From: Waterburya sp. | GTDB lineage: Bacteria; Cyanobacteriota; Cyanobacteriia; Cyanobacteriales; Xenococcaceae | Assembly: GCA_965217895.1 (NCBI GenBank) | Contig: CBDCJV010000002.1 | Location: 5,120,001-5,184,000 of the forward strand | DNA: 64,000 nucleotides | Reading direction: 5' to 3' | Part shown: piece by piece, positions 30,445 through 40,800 of the stretch | Layout of the letters: every line of letters starts with the position of its first letter | How positions within the stretch are numbered: the stretch's first letter is position 1 | Program-made: the position numbers and the translations under genes | Notes under the pieces: generated by a model | Told to the model about the DNA's origin: nothing | Seen by the model: only the letters and a program-made list of their open reading frames with translations | Databases searched by the model: none

Positions 30445-32219
30445 TGGAAATAAATTGGTCTAGAGATTATCAGCATGAATTTATTTGTCCTCATTGCGAT
30501 ATTCAAGGTTTACGTTTAGCTGGCAAAGACAATTATACAAATAGGAAACTATTTAGATGCTCCAAATGTAGAAAAAGAATTTCTCAGTGTGTAAATATAA
30601 AATTTCCTAATAGTAATACTGGTATTAATTGGAACAAAGATTATAAAATAGGAGAGTTTGCTTGCCCCAATAAAGAATGTAATTCAAGGGATATCAGGCT
30701 TGCTAGCCAATCTAAAAAAAAGCAGCGTTTTACGTGTAATATTTGTGGAACTAAAACTAGAGAATCAATAGATCTTACGGAAAGCAATTTAGGTCAATAT
30801 GCTCATAAAAGACCAGTTAAGCCATTTTCTTTTCAAGACGATAAATGGGATATTAGGGCAATTAAATCACCAGCAAATAAACAAGAGAAGATTCTAATTG
30901 CTAACTTTCATACTGTAAAAACAAACTGGTTTAGAAATTTAACCAAGCACTACACATACCACCTCTGTAAGCTCAATAAACCTATAGGTGCAATTGAGTA
31001 TCATTTGATTAATCTTCGTATTTTTTCTCGGTATTTAGTAGAGAAAAATATAACTAATATAAATTTAATTAGCCGAAGTTTAATTCTTGATTTTCTCGCT
31101 TGGGATAATACGGGTGTAGACGCTACCAGAAAAAGACTCTCGACACTTAGAGATTTCTTCTGGACTGGTAATGTGCAGAATTGGTTTGTACTTGACCCAG
31201 ATCTTGTAAGAGATAATGATTATCCTAAAGCGAAGGTAAGCAATCCTGACCCAATACCAGATAGCGTTCGAGAACAGATTGAAAGCAATTTACATAAGCT
31301 ACCAGAGCCTATTGCTAGAATGTGGATTATTGCTTTTTTCACAGCAATGCGACCTGGAGAACTAGCTTTATTAAAGAAAGGCTGTTTGGTACAAGAGGGT
31401 AGCCACTGGAGCATTACTTGGCAACGTGGAAAAAACCGAGATTTTCACACAGTTCCAATTACAAGAATCATTGCCAAAGTAGTTCAAGAACAGCAGGATT
31501 ACATAGAGCAATTATGGGGAACTGAATGGGATTACTTGTTTTGTCATTATCAGCGACCTTCAAGCACAAGGCAATATAGCAATATAGATCCTGTTCAAAA
31601 AGTAATACCGAAAAATAATAGCCTGTTTTATGGAGCGATTGAATATCTAATCGAAACAGAAGATATTCGGGATGATAATGGTAAGTTAGCGACATTTAGT
31701 CCACATTTAATTAGGCATACACGCCTAACTCAATTATTTGAGCAAGGACACGACTTGTCAGTAGTTAGTGCATGGGCTGGACACAAAAGATTGGCAACAA
31801 CGAGTAATTTTTACACTCAAGTTAGTTGTGAACTAATTGAAAAAGAAGCAGGTCATATTCAAAAAGCTCTGTTTAATGCAGATGGTCAATACCATCAATA
31901 TGAATCATTACCTAAATCCTTCTGGAAAGATCCTCAAGCTCATAAATTAGATCTTCCTGGCGACCATATTAACACACCTATTTATGGCTACTGTGGGCTA
32001 CCGTTAAATGAGCGTTGCAACAAGTTTAGAGCTTGTTATACTTGTCACTCTTTTGTTGCCTTCCCTGAGAAACTTGGACAATACATCAAACTCCGTGATG
32101 AATTGAGAGCCAAAGAGTCACGAGCTTTAGCGAATGGTCAAGGTGTATTAGTAGAACAATTTAGTAGACAAGCCGACCAACTAGACAAAATAATTGCATC
32201 GTTACAGGAGGCAGCATGA
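30441..32219 (+). CDS. Tyrosine recombinase 3 with two N-terminal zinc-ribbon repeats
   Basis: CPHC..CSKC and CPNKEC..CNIC; AMRPGE, PHLIRH, WAGH...T..FY, YGYC..C...RAC.TC. Confidence 0.92.
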   Translation: MMEINWSRDYQHEFICPHCDIQGLRLAGKDNYTNRKLFRCSKCRKRISQCVNIKFPNSNTGINWNKDYKIGEFACPNKECNSRDIRLASQSKKKQRFTCNICGTKTRESIDLTESNLGQYAHKRPVKPFSFQDDKWDIRAIKSPANKQEKILIANFHTVKTNWFRNLTKHYTYHLCKLNKPIGAIEYHLINLRIFSRYLVEKNITNINLISRSLILDFLAWDNTGVDATRKRLSTLRDFFWTGNVQNWFVLDPDLVRDNDYPKAKVSNPDPIPDSVREQIESNLHKLPEPIARMWIIAFFTAMRPGELALLKKGCLVQEGSHWSITWQRGKNRDFHTVPITRIIAKVVQEQQDYIEQLWGTEWDYLFCHYQRPSSTRQYSNIDPVQKVIPKNNSLFYGAIEYLIETEDIRDDNGKLATFSPHLIRHTRLTQLFEQGHDLSVVSAWAGHKRLATTSNFYTQVSCELIEKEAGHIQKALFNADGQYHQYESLPKSFWKDPQAHKLDLPGDHINTPIYGYCGLPLNERCNKFRACYTCHSFVAFPEKLGQYIKLRDELRAKESRALANGQGVLVEQFSRQADQLDKIIASLQEAA

Positions 32220-33061
32220 GCAGCGGTAACGATGATACAAGAGAGTTTAGAGTCAATAACCTCAAAAAGACTCAGGAACAGAGGAAGCAAGAATCTCAGG
32301 ATCGAGTTTATCAAGCTATTGAGCGATTGCAGAAACTCAATGCCAAGATCAACTTTCACACTATAGCTAGAGAAGCGCAGGTTAGTGTTAGTTATCTCTA
32401 TAAATATCCAGAGATAAAGCAACATATAGGAGTGCTAAGAAGCAAACAAAACTCTTTACCTGTTTCTCCTGTAGCCAAACCTAATTCTACGTCTCATGGC
32501 AAAGTAGTCACCCGTCTTCAAGAGAGAATCAAAAAGCTGGAAGCGGAGAATAAAGAACTCAAACGTAAGTGTGAAGCTTTAGCTGGTCAAGTTTATCGAG
32601 TTCATTATTTGGAATCTCAGGTAGAAAGATTACAGAAACAAAATGAAGACTTGAAAAGTAAATTGGGCGAACAAGAAATTGCCAGAAAAGTTACACCTAT
32701 TGACAAAAAGAGAAAGACCAAATCTGCTGCTTTCAAGGATGTCCAATCGGAATTAGATGAGCTGGGAATTACTCTGAATCCAACTCTCACTAAAACTATT
32801 AAGGTAGCCAGCGAAGAAACTGTATTAGCTGCAATTGAAGCACTCAAAGAGCAATCTTTCAAACAAGATATTCCTAACCCTGGCGGTTGGCTGAACAAGG
32901 CAATCAAAGAAGGTTGGATAAAAGCAGAACCCACCTCTAGTAAGCCATCAGTTTCCCCACAACCAAAAATCGTTACTGCTACAGATAAAGCAAATAAGAA
33001 ATTAATTTCTCCTAACAAGCTCAAGCAATTAAGCAATTTATTCAACAATCAAGATGACTGA
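32216..33061 (+). CDS. TnpC/DUF6262-like HTH-coiled-coil protein with extra C-terminal domain
   Basis: AI.RL....KINF..IAREAQVS.SYLY.YPEI, coiled coil, then IPNPGGWLNKAIKEGW. Confidence 0.8.
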   Translation: MSSGNDDTREFRVNNLKKTQEQRKQESQDRVYQAIERLQKLNAKINFHTIAREAQVSVSYLYKYPEIKQHIGVLRSKQNSLPVSPVAKPNSTSHGKVVTRLQERIKKLEAENKELKRKCEALAGQVYRVHYLESQVERLQKQNEDLKSKLGEQEIARKVTPIDKKRKTKSAAFKDVQSELDELGITLNPTLTKTIKVASEETVLAAIEALKEQSFKQDIPNPGGWLNKAIKEGWIKAEPTSSKPSVSPQPKIVTATDKANKKLISPNKLKQLSNLFNNQDD

Positions 33062-34373
33062 TAACAAATTCCCCCCCACTAACATAGAAGCTGAAGAAGC
33101 CATATTAGGAAGCATTTTATTTGACCCTGGTGCTATTAGTATTGCTGCTTCTATCCTCCCTGTTGAGGCATTTTATGTTGCTGCCCATCGTCATATTTAC
33201 AAAGCAGCATTAGAGTTACATAATAAAGACAAGTTGACAGACTTTATGGGCATTTCTACTTGGTTAAAAGACCATAAATCATTAACTAAAGCAGGAGGTA
33301 CAGCCAAGTTATCTCAACTGCTTAATCGTACTGTCTCAGCAACTAATATTGACCGCTACATTAATCTGGCTTTAGAAAAGTATCAGCGTCGTCAACTCAT
33401 AGCAACAGCTAATGAAATTGAGGCTTTGGGATATGATAATGCTACCGAACTAGAAACAGTTTTCAATACCTCAGAAGAGAAAATATTTAACCTTACTACC
33501 AACAAGCAAGACAAATTCAAACCTATACCGATTGACGATTGTCTGGCATCAGTATTCAACAAAATAGAACAAGGTTCATCTCCTGCCTATTCTACTGGAT
33601 TAGATGATTTAGATGCTCTGATTGGGGGATTAATTAAACAAGATTTGATTGTAATTGCTGCTAGAGCTTCTATGGGCAAAACTTGGTTGGCTTGCCATCT
33701 GGCTAATCACATTGCCAGCGAGCAACAAAAGCCTGTAGTCTTCTTCTCGGCTGAGATGTCGAGCGAACAGCTAACTAAAAGATTCCTCTCAATGCACTCT
33801 GGTATTGATTCTCATAGGCTAATACACAATGAAATTTACGAGGATGAATATGATGTTTTAGTTAATGGTTTGACTCAATTGGCTGAATTACCTATCATCA
33901 TCGACGATACTCCTGCTACTCAGCTAACACCTTCTAAAGTTCGTTCTGTCCTGCGCAGAATCGTTTCTGAGAAAGGCGAACTAGGCTTAGTAGTCTTAGA
34001 TTATATTCAGAAGCTTGGCGACAGAGCAGCAGGGAATAGAGCGCAGACAGTAGGTAAGTTTTCAGGGGCATTTAAAGACATTGCTAAAGAGTTTGACGTT
34101 CCTTTTGTGGCATTGGCTCAAATCAATCGAGGTGTTGAATCTCAGGCAAATAAACGCCCTTTAATGTCTGATATAAAAGACAGTGGTGATATCGAGCAGG
34201 ACATGGATTTGGGTTTGATGCTGTATCGGGACGATTACTACAACGATGATACTGACAACTTAAGCATAATGGAGATAATTGTAGGAAAGAATCGTAACGG
34301 TGGAACAGGGACTTGTAAAATTTTGTTTGAGCTAGATACAGGGATTTTCAAAAGTTTAAACAGTGTAAAATAA
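33054..34373 (+). CDS. dnaB: DnaB-family replicative helicase (element-borne)
   Basis: PP.NIEAEEAILGSIL, AARASMGKT, FFSAEM, DYIQ, QINRGVE, SDIKDSGDIEQD.D, KNRNG. Confidence 0.95.
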   Translation: MTDNKFPPTNIEAEEAILGSILFDPGAISIAASILPVEAFYVAAHRHIYKAALELHNKDKLTDFMGISTWLKDHKSLTKAGGTAKLSQLLNRTVSATNIDRYINLALEKYQRRQLIATANEIEALGYDNATELETVFNTSEEKIFNLTTNKQDKFKPIPIDDCLASVFNKIEQGSSPAYSTGLDDLDALIGGLIKQDLIVIAARASMGKTWLACHLANHIASEQQKPVVFFSAEMSSEQLTKRFLSMHSGIDSHRLIHNEIYEDEYDVLVNGLTQLAELPIIIDDTPATQLTPSKVRSVLRRIVSEKGELGLVVLDYIQKLGDRAAGNRAQTVGKFSGAFKDIAKEFDVPFVALAQINRGVESQANKRPLMSDIKDSGDIEQDMDLGLMLYRDDYYNDDTDNLSIMEIIVGKNRNGGTGTCKILFELDTGIFKSLNSVK

Positions 34374-34497
34374 TCGCAAGTAATTCAATATATTTTAATA
34401 TATATTAAACAGTACAAATGTATACTAGACTAGGCTTCCTAGTTTGCAACTCTGAAGTGAGCATTGAATTTACAATTATTTTTTATAAGAATTTTAA

Positions 34498-36543
34498 ATG
34501 ATAACCACAGATATATTTAACACAGATGTTGTAAACAAAGTTAGAAAGATAAAGCTCCCTATTTCCAAAGTTATGCTTCCATTATTTGAAGCAGTAGTAA
34601 ATTCAATTCAATCTATTGAAGAAGTTAAAAAAGAAAGCATCAAAGATGGTGTTATTCAAGTTATTATCAACAGACCTTTTGAGGAGATAAGACTTCTTGA
34701 CGGTGGAGATACCTCTCCAGTAGAAGGATTTACTGTTATAGACAATGGAATAGGGTTTAATACGCAAAATTATAAATCTTTTCTAACTGCGGATAGCTCA
34801 CACAAACTTGTCAAAGGATCTAAAGGTGTAGGTAGATTCTTATGGCTAAAAGCATTTACAAATGTAGAAGTAGAAAGCTATTACCAAGAATTAGGAAAAT
34901 ACTATCATCGTAAATTTAATTTTACAAGTGCAGAAAAACCAATATCTTTTCATGAAAATAAAGTTATTGATTCTACAGATATTAAAAATAAGACTACTAT
35001 TAAGCTGAAAGGTCTACAAGGTCACTATAAAATAAAATGTCCTCAAGATATAGAAAAAATAGGACTTAAAATCTTTGAGCATTGTATTTCATATTTTTTA
35101 CTAGAAAATGTCCCTACTATAGAAGTTATTGACGGAGAAAAGAGTCTAGATATTAATAAATTCTTTGCTGAGGATATAAAAAAATATACTGAAACTAAAG
35201 ACATTAACATTGGAAAATGTAATTTTAATATTAAAAGCCTTAGATTTTATAACAGCAGTACATCCGATCACAGACTATTTTTCTGTGGACATCAGAGAGT
35301 AGTTTTAGATGAAGATCTCAGTCAGTATATAGTTGACTTATCACCTACAAGAAAAATCAGAGATGAAAATGGAAAGTTGTTTAAGTATTTAGCTTTTGTT
35401 TCTGGAGAATATTTAGACAATAATGTTAACTCTGAAAGAACTAGCTTTACTATCTCTGAAGATTATGATTTGTTGACTTCTAAAGAGTTTGGAGATGTAT
35501 CTTTTTATGATCTTAAAATGGCAGTAACAGAAGTTATTGACAATACATTGTCTCCATATCTCAAACAAATACAAGAAAACAAAATAGAAAGGTTTAAACA
35601 GTATATTCGGAAAGATGCTCCCGAATATCGTCCTTTATTAAAATATGCTTCAAAAGAATTAGAGCATCTTTCTCCTAGTTTAAATGATACTCAGCTTGAG
35701 TTTCAGCTACATGGATTAATGTCCCAGTTTGAGATTTCATTAAAAGAGACTGGAAAACAAATATTAAGCGATCCAATTGATTGCTTTGAAAAATATCCTG
35801 AATATAGTCAGAAATATCACGAATTTTTAGAGCAGTACACAGATTTTGGTCAGGCAAAATTAGCAAAATACGTAGTTCACAGAAAAATAATTCTGGAACT
35901 TTTCAAGAAAAATCTTAGAAAAGATGATGACGGCAGATTTAAGCTTGAAAAGGATATTCACGAAATAATTTTTCCTTTGAGACGAACATCTGATGAGATC
36001 AATTTTGATGAGCAAAACCTTTGGATTATTGATGAAAGGCTAACATATCATAGATATTTATCTTCAGATCAGGCATTAGATAGTCTAGAAGATCTAAGTG
36101 TAAATAGTACTAGACGACCAGACCTACTTGTATTCAATAATCCTATAGCTTTGGTGGAAGGAGAACAACAGCCTTACTCTTCCGTAGTTATAGTTGAATT
36201 TAAACGTCCTATGAGAGATGGTTATTCTGAAAAAGAAAATCCAGTAACTCAAGTTTACGATTATGTAAGAAAAATCCAGTCTGGCAATTATGAAGACGAG
36301 AACGGTAGGCTAATAAGCCTAGCAAATAGCACTCCCTTTTATGTATACATAATTTGTGATTTAACATCGAAAATAAAAGAATTTGCTGAAAATGCCACTT
36401 TTTTCCCGACACCAGATTTAGGGGGATATTTTGGATACAATACAAGACTTAATACTTACGTCGAGATTATTTCTTTCACAAAATTAATCAATGATGCAGA
36501 AAAAAGAAATAGTGTATTGTTTAAGAAACTTCATATAAATTAA
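34498..36543 (+). CDS. GHKL (HATPase) ATPase fused to a putative PD-(D/E)XK nuclease; candidate defence gene
   Basis: EAVVNSIQS, DNGIGF, KGVGRF, T.I.L Bergerat motifs; C-terminal RPDLLVF...IVEFKRP; AT-rich. Confidence 0.8.
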   Translation: MITTDIFNTDVVNKVRKIKLPISKVMLPLFEAVVNSIQSIEEVKKESIKDGVIQVIINRPFEEIRLLDGGDTSPVEGFTVIDNGIGFNTQNYKSFLTADSSHKLVKGSKGVGRFLWLKAFTNVEVESYYQELGKYYHRKFNFTSAEKPISFHENKVIDSTDIKNKTTIKLKGLQGHYKIKCPQDIEKIGLKIFEHCISYFLLENVPTIEVIDGEKSLDINKFFAEDIKKYTETKDINIGKCNFNIKSLRFYNSSTSDHRLFFCGHQRVVLDEDLSQYIVDLSPTRKIRDENGKLFKYLAFVSGEYLDNNVNSERTSFTISEDYDLLTSKEFGDVSFYDLKMAVTEVIDNTLSPYLKQIQENKIERFKQYIRKDAPEYRPLLKYASKELEHLSPSLNDTQLEFQLHGLMSQFEISLKETGKQILSDPIDCFEKYPEYSQKYHEFLEQYTDFGQAKLAKYVVHRKIILELFKKNLRKDDDGRFKLEKDIHEIIFPLRRTSDEINFDEQNLWIIDERLTYHRYLSSDQALDSLEDLSVNSTRRPDLLVFNNPIALVEGEQQPYSSVVIVEFKRPMRDGYSEKENPVTQVYDYVRKIQSGNYEDENGRLISLANSTPFYVYIICDLTSKIKEFAENATFFPTPDLGGYFGYNTRLNTYVEIISFTKLINDAEKRNSVLFKKLHIN

Positions 36544-36619
36544 AAACTTATCGTATAAAGTATATACAACGATATAATCTATGTCACAAAATATGTGTGG
36601 AATTTTTAGGTCATATAAT

Positions 36620-36766
36620 TTAAAAGAAGCAAGTGAAACTCGCTACTGGATATTACTTTTAATTGATAATAATATTGTCTCAGAAACAAAATTGGCAATG
36701 ATGCTAGATGAATTAAATCAAATAATAAAAATTCTGATTGTAACAACGAAAAAGCTGAAAGAGTAA
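36620..36766 (+). pseudogene. Four-helix-bundle protein, C-terminal part
   Basis: (L)KEASETRYWILLL...EL.QIIKIL continues the 27530 fragment in frame once the element is removed. Confidence 0.92.
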
Positions 36767-36816
36767 TTGCTACTTGTTATCTGCTATCTGCTACTTTAAA
36801 GCATTGCTACTTTAAA
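36765..36816 (-). repeat. Inverted copy of the 27270 repeat unit
   Basis: AATTGCTACTTGTTATCTGCTATCTGCTACTTTAAAGCATTGCTACTTTAAA. Confidence 0.88.
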
Positions 36817-36824
36817 CCCATTTA

Positions 36825-37631
36825 TTACTCGATAAAAACAAAGTAGCTTAGAGTACACACAGTAAAAATCAAAAATAGATTAACAATAAGCTGTACTTTA
36901 ATAGCCAAACTAGTACTTTTTTCAAACTGATTCATTTGATGTCTCAAACGATCGAGCCTGAATTGCAGATTGGCATCTCGCTCTCTACGCAGAGACATTT
37001 CTTGTTTAACAATACTTTCTACGGTTTCGTTTAGGTTGTGGGGCGTTAACTGTTCAAATATACTAACTTTTTGTTCGATTTTAGCCAAAACCTTATCAAC
37101 GACGTTTAATTTATGGCTTAGGGCAGAATCTTGTGGCAAAGAGTTTTCTGTTGTAGACTTGCTAAAGTGTTTTTCTACCAATTTCAACGCTAATTGGAAA
37201 TAGCCTTTGTGAACGTGTCTAATTGCATCGGCTAATTCTTGGGCAGTGGTGTTTTTTAGCCAATAGCCTTTTGCCCCCAACTCCAAAGCATCAGCAATAT
37301 CCTGCTTTCGGTCATGGATACTAAGCATTAGAACTTTGGTATCGGCAAATTTTTGGGCAATGGCTTTGGTAGCAGCAAAACCATCCATCACTGGCATCTC
37401 AATATCCATTAAAACTATGTCTGGCTTGAGTTTTTCTACCTGAGCGATCGCAATTTCTCCGTTTTCAGCAAAACCAATTACATTTAGGTCTAACTCTGAT
37501 TCTAAATATGATGCTAAAGTTTTGCGGACAAAATTTTGATCATCGGCTATAAGGACATTAATCATCGCCATCTTCATCTCTATTCTTGGTAAATTAAACA
37601 AGTTTTGAAAAACTATCGAAAAACTGACCAA
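36825..37631 (-). CDS. Response regulator (REC domain, coiled coil, C-terminal TM); true start probably near 37566-37578
   Basis: VLIADDQ, PDIVLMDIEMPVMDG, GAKGYWLK. Confidence 0.88.
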   Translation of the reverse strand: MVSFSIVFQNLFNLPRIEMKMAMINVLIADDQNFVRKTLASYLESELDLNVIGFAENGEIAIAQVEKLKPDIVLMDIEMPVMDGFAATKAIAQKFADTKVLMLSIHDRKQDIADALELGAKGYWLKNTTAQELADAIRHVHKGYFQLALKLVEKHFSKSTTENSLPQDSALSHKLNVVDKVLAKIEQKVSIFEQLTPHNLNETVESIVKQEMSLRRERDANLQFRLDRLRHQMNQFEKSTSLAIKVQLIVNLFLIFTVCTLSYFVFIE

Positions 37632-37855
37632 ATTATAATGTATAAATCTCTAGTTGAAGTATTAACAATTTATTAGCAAAGTACATCTCGAAAATAAGTT
37701 TGGTTTTAAGCTTTAAATCGTCAACGTAAGATCTTAAGTAATATAGGGTAATTGAATGTTAGCTTCATGACAATAGACTTAAAATAAAAACAAGCTTAAA
37801 TAGCCTTTTATCGGCGGTAATCTCCATATACCATATACTAGAATCAATAATCATT

Positions 37856-40800
37856 GTGACTTCACTATCCTTGTTATCTAATGTTGAACAATTTTTAGAA
37901 TATTGCAGTCATTCTAGTGCCGATGCTTTTGCTGCCTTTAGCGAACTTTTAAATAGCTTGAAATCTCCTGAGACGCAGGCTCAAAATAGGCGGTTTTTTG
38001 GCTTAATTTATCAGACTTGGCAGTCGAAAAATCAGCAAGATTATTACTTTTCTTTTGTTACTCAAACGGTTAAAACCTATAGTGGCGATCGCCGTGAGCT
38101 TTTACTTTTATTATTTCCCAGTATTTTTGCCCCTGAAGAATGGTCGTTTACCTTTTATGAAGGCATATTACGCTATCCTGCCGAGGAATTTTATACCCGT
38201 CGGGTGGTAGAGTTAGGCTGTGGCAGTGGCTGGATTACTCTGGCGATCGCCTTAAATTCTTTGCCTGAAGTTATCTATGGAGTTGATATCAATCCACGGG
38301 CGATCGTCTGTTCGCAATTAAATCTATATTTGAACGCTTTAGACGAACAGGGAAATCCCATTTTAGATAGGGAACAAAAGACTTTAATTGACCGCGTTAA
38401 ATTTGCTCAATCAGATTTACTAGAATTTTTTGACGATTATCCTCATCCCCTCGATCGCATTGTGGGCTGTATTCCTCAAGTACTCAATCCAGAATTGGAA
38501 GTAATGCGAGATTTGGTTAATCAAGGTGCTAATGACGAATTTCTCCATTCTTTGAGCAATTATTGCGAAAAACAGGGCTATGTAGAAGATCAATTTGGCT
38601 TAGGCTTGTTAGCTAAGGCGATCGAGCAGTCAATTCAATTACTCAGACCTACGGGTAAAGTTCTCTTTAACTTTGGGGGCAGACCAGGTGCATCAGTACT
38701 AGAGCGATTGATGACTAGAAGAGGGTTAGAAATTCGCCATATCTGGCAAACCAGAGTCGAACAAGATCCTGATACGGATATTTCTAGCTTAGTAAAGATC
38801 GAACAGGCTACAGGTCATCGGTTTGAGTTTTTTATGACCTCCCGTAGTAATGTGCCAATTAGTGCTGCTACCGCCCAAGTTTACAGCCAGCATGGAGGCA
38901 GAATATATCACTCTGTCTCCGTATACGAAGGGGTTTTGGCTTATCCTAACTGGCTCAAGCAAATTTTCGCCGTACTACAGCATCCTAGTTTGCAGGGGGT
39001 AAAAAGCGCACTAGATTTGACGGAAAATGATGCAGATGTGGCAGAAGAAAGATTTTACTGGCTAGCATCCTTATTTAGTTATCTTAATAACCAGAGCCAT
39101 TTTCCCTATGGACTGACAGCAGGAGAACCAGGATTACGCGATCGCATTACGGCTTATTTTCGCAACTATCATTCAATTCTTTGGCAGCCTGATGATTTAA
39201 TTATTACCCCATCTAGAAAAGAACTAATTGCTAATCTGTTAACAATTTATGAGCCATCGTTAATTGTTATCGATGAGGGATTACAGCAGCTACTACCCGT
39301 AAGTTGGCATGGCAGTCAGCAGGTTATTGAAGCACCGCGACGCATCCCCTTAGTTGGCAAATTAATGGTCAAGCTACGTCCGCAGCTTGTAATTACAGGA
39401 CTCAAAGCTTTTGAAATGACTGCACAAGAGCCTTTTGAATCTTTAGTCAATACAGCCAAAGAAATTGGCGCACTATTGATAGTGGATATTTCTGATAATT
39501 TAAATCTTTCTAGCAACCCCGTTGATAATGGTTTGTTTGAATATCTAGCAGATCGCGGCTTGCCCGATCATGTAATTTTAGTTGCAGACTCGATCAAAAA
39601 TAGACTTTATCCAAGCTTATCTTTATGTATCTGCATAACTAACTCAGAGCCAATTCAACAAGACTTAATTAGAGCAGCAGAGTTGAGCTACAGTCGCGTT
39701 TGCCTGATTACCCAATATTTCTATCAGCAGCTTTTAGAACAGTTATTACACTTCCAGACTACCAGAGTGCAGCCAGCTAATAGGGAGCTTGATAAGTCTC
39801 AAAGCTTTTTTACCTTAGATCGTTCAGCCAATGCCACAAGAGCCTTTGCTCATCCTGCAATTAAAGAAAGTGAATTACCTTTTAAACCATCAACTATTCG
39901 CCTAGACTATGGTGAAAACTGTTTGCCATCTCCTAAAGCACTCAATAAAGCGATCGCCGAAGCCTTTGCCAGACAGGAGATCACCTCAGAAGAATGTGAA
40001 GTATACAAACCCCTATCTGCTATCTGTTCGCAAAAATACGGAATTAAATACGGCGATCGCGATAATTTTATTTATGGTTCAGGAGTAGCATCATTATTTA
40101 GTGCGGTGGTGCAGCAATGCCGTCAAGAACAAGGAGCTTTTATCTTTCCCCAAGGTGCTTACGGTTATTTCCGAGCAACCCTAGATTTCTATGGAGTTGG
40201 AGTACAAACGGTATTGGGAAACCCAGCCCAAGGTTTTAAAATCGATTTATCTAACCTAGAACAGATTCTCAAAACCACTGCTAATCCTTGGCTTTATCTT
40301 AATGCACCCATTTCTAATCCCACAGGAGCGTTATATTCTGCTCCAGAATTACAGTCAATTATTCAATTAGCTTGGCGGTATCAAGCAAAAGTTGTCTTAG
40401 ACACGATTTTTTCTGGTCTAGAATTTGACCAGTCCCAACCCAAAACTGATTTATCATGGCTGCAAGATCGCCGTCACAGCAACTCTAGTAACTTAATCTT
40501 ACTAGGTGGCATTTCCAAGGAATTTTCCGCAGCAGGGATACGTTTTGGCTATTTATATTCTCCCAGTGCCACTATAGTTAGACAAATAGCAGAATTTATT
40601 CCTGGTCAGCTTCCCCAGACTACTATGTATGCTATGCGTCGATTTTTTGAGGGGGTGGTCAAAGACGATGCTGAACTTATTCAACATAGAGAAGCTCAGA
40701 GTCAACTTCTACAGCAAAGAGCCAAACAGCTAACAGCAGTATTGCAGCAATCTGGTTGGACAGCCATTGACCCACGAGGCGGATTGTTTTTAGTAGCAAA

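Larger units (their letters stand above)
27750..36619 (+). mobile_element. Triple tyrosine-recombinase (RIT/Tn554-like) integrative element, ~8.87 kb
   Basis: Ends ATTATATAACC / GGTCATATAAT are inverted; TTAA at 27746-49 and 36620-23; splits one gene; no GCGATCGC seen inside. Confidence 0.9.

Noticed and set aside
33054..34373. Housekeeping chromosomal dnaB
   Set aside because: It lies inside the element ends, is coupled to the recombinase operon and has no HIP1 sites.
27750..36619. Prophage
   Set aside because: No structural, packaging or lysis genes.
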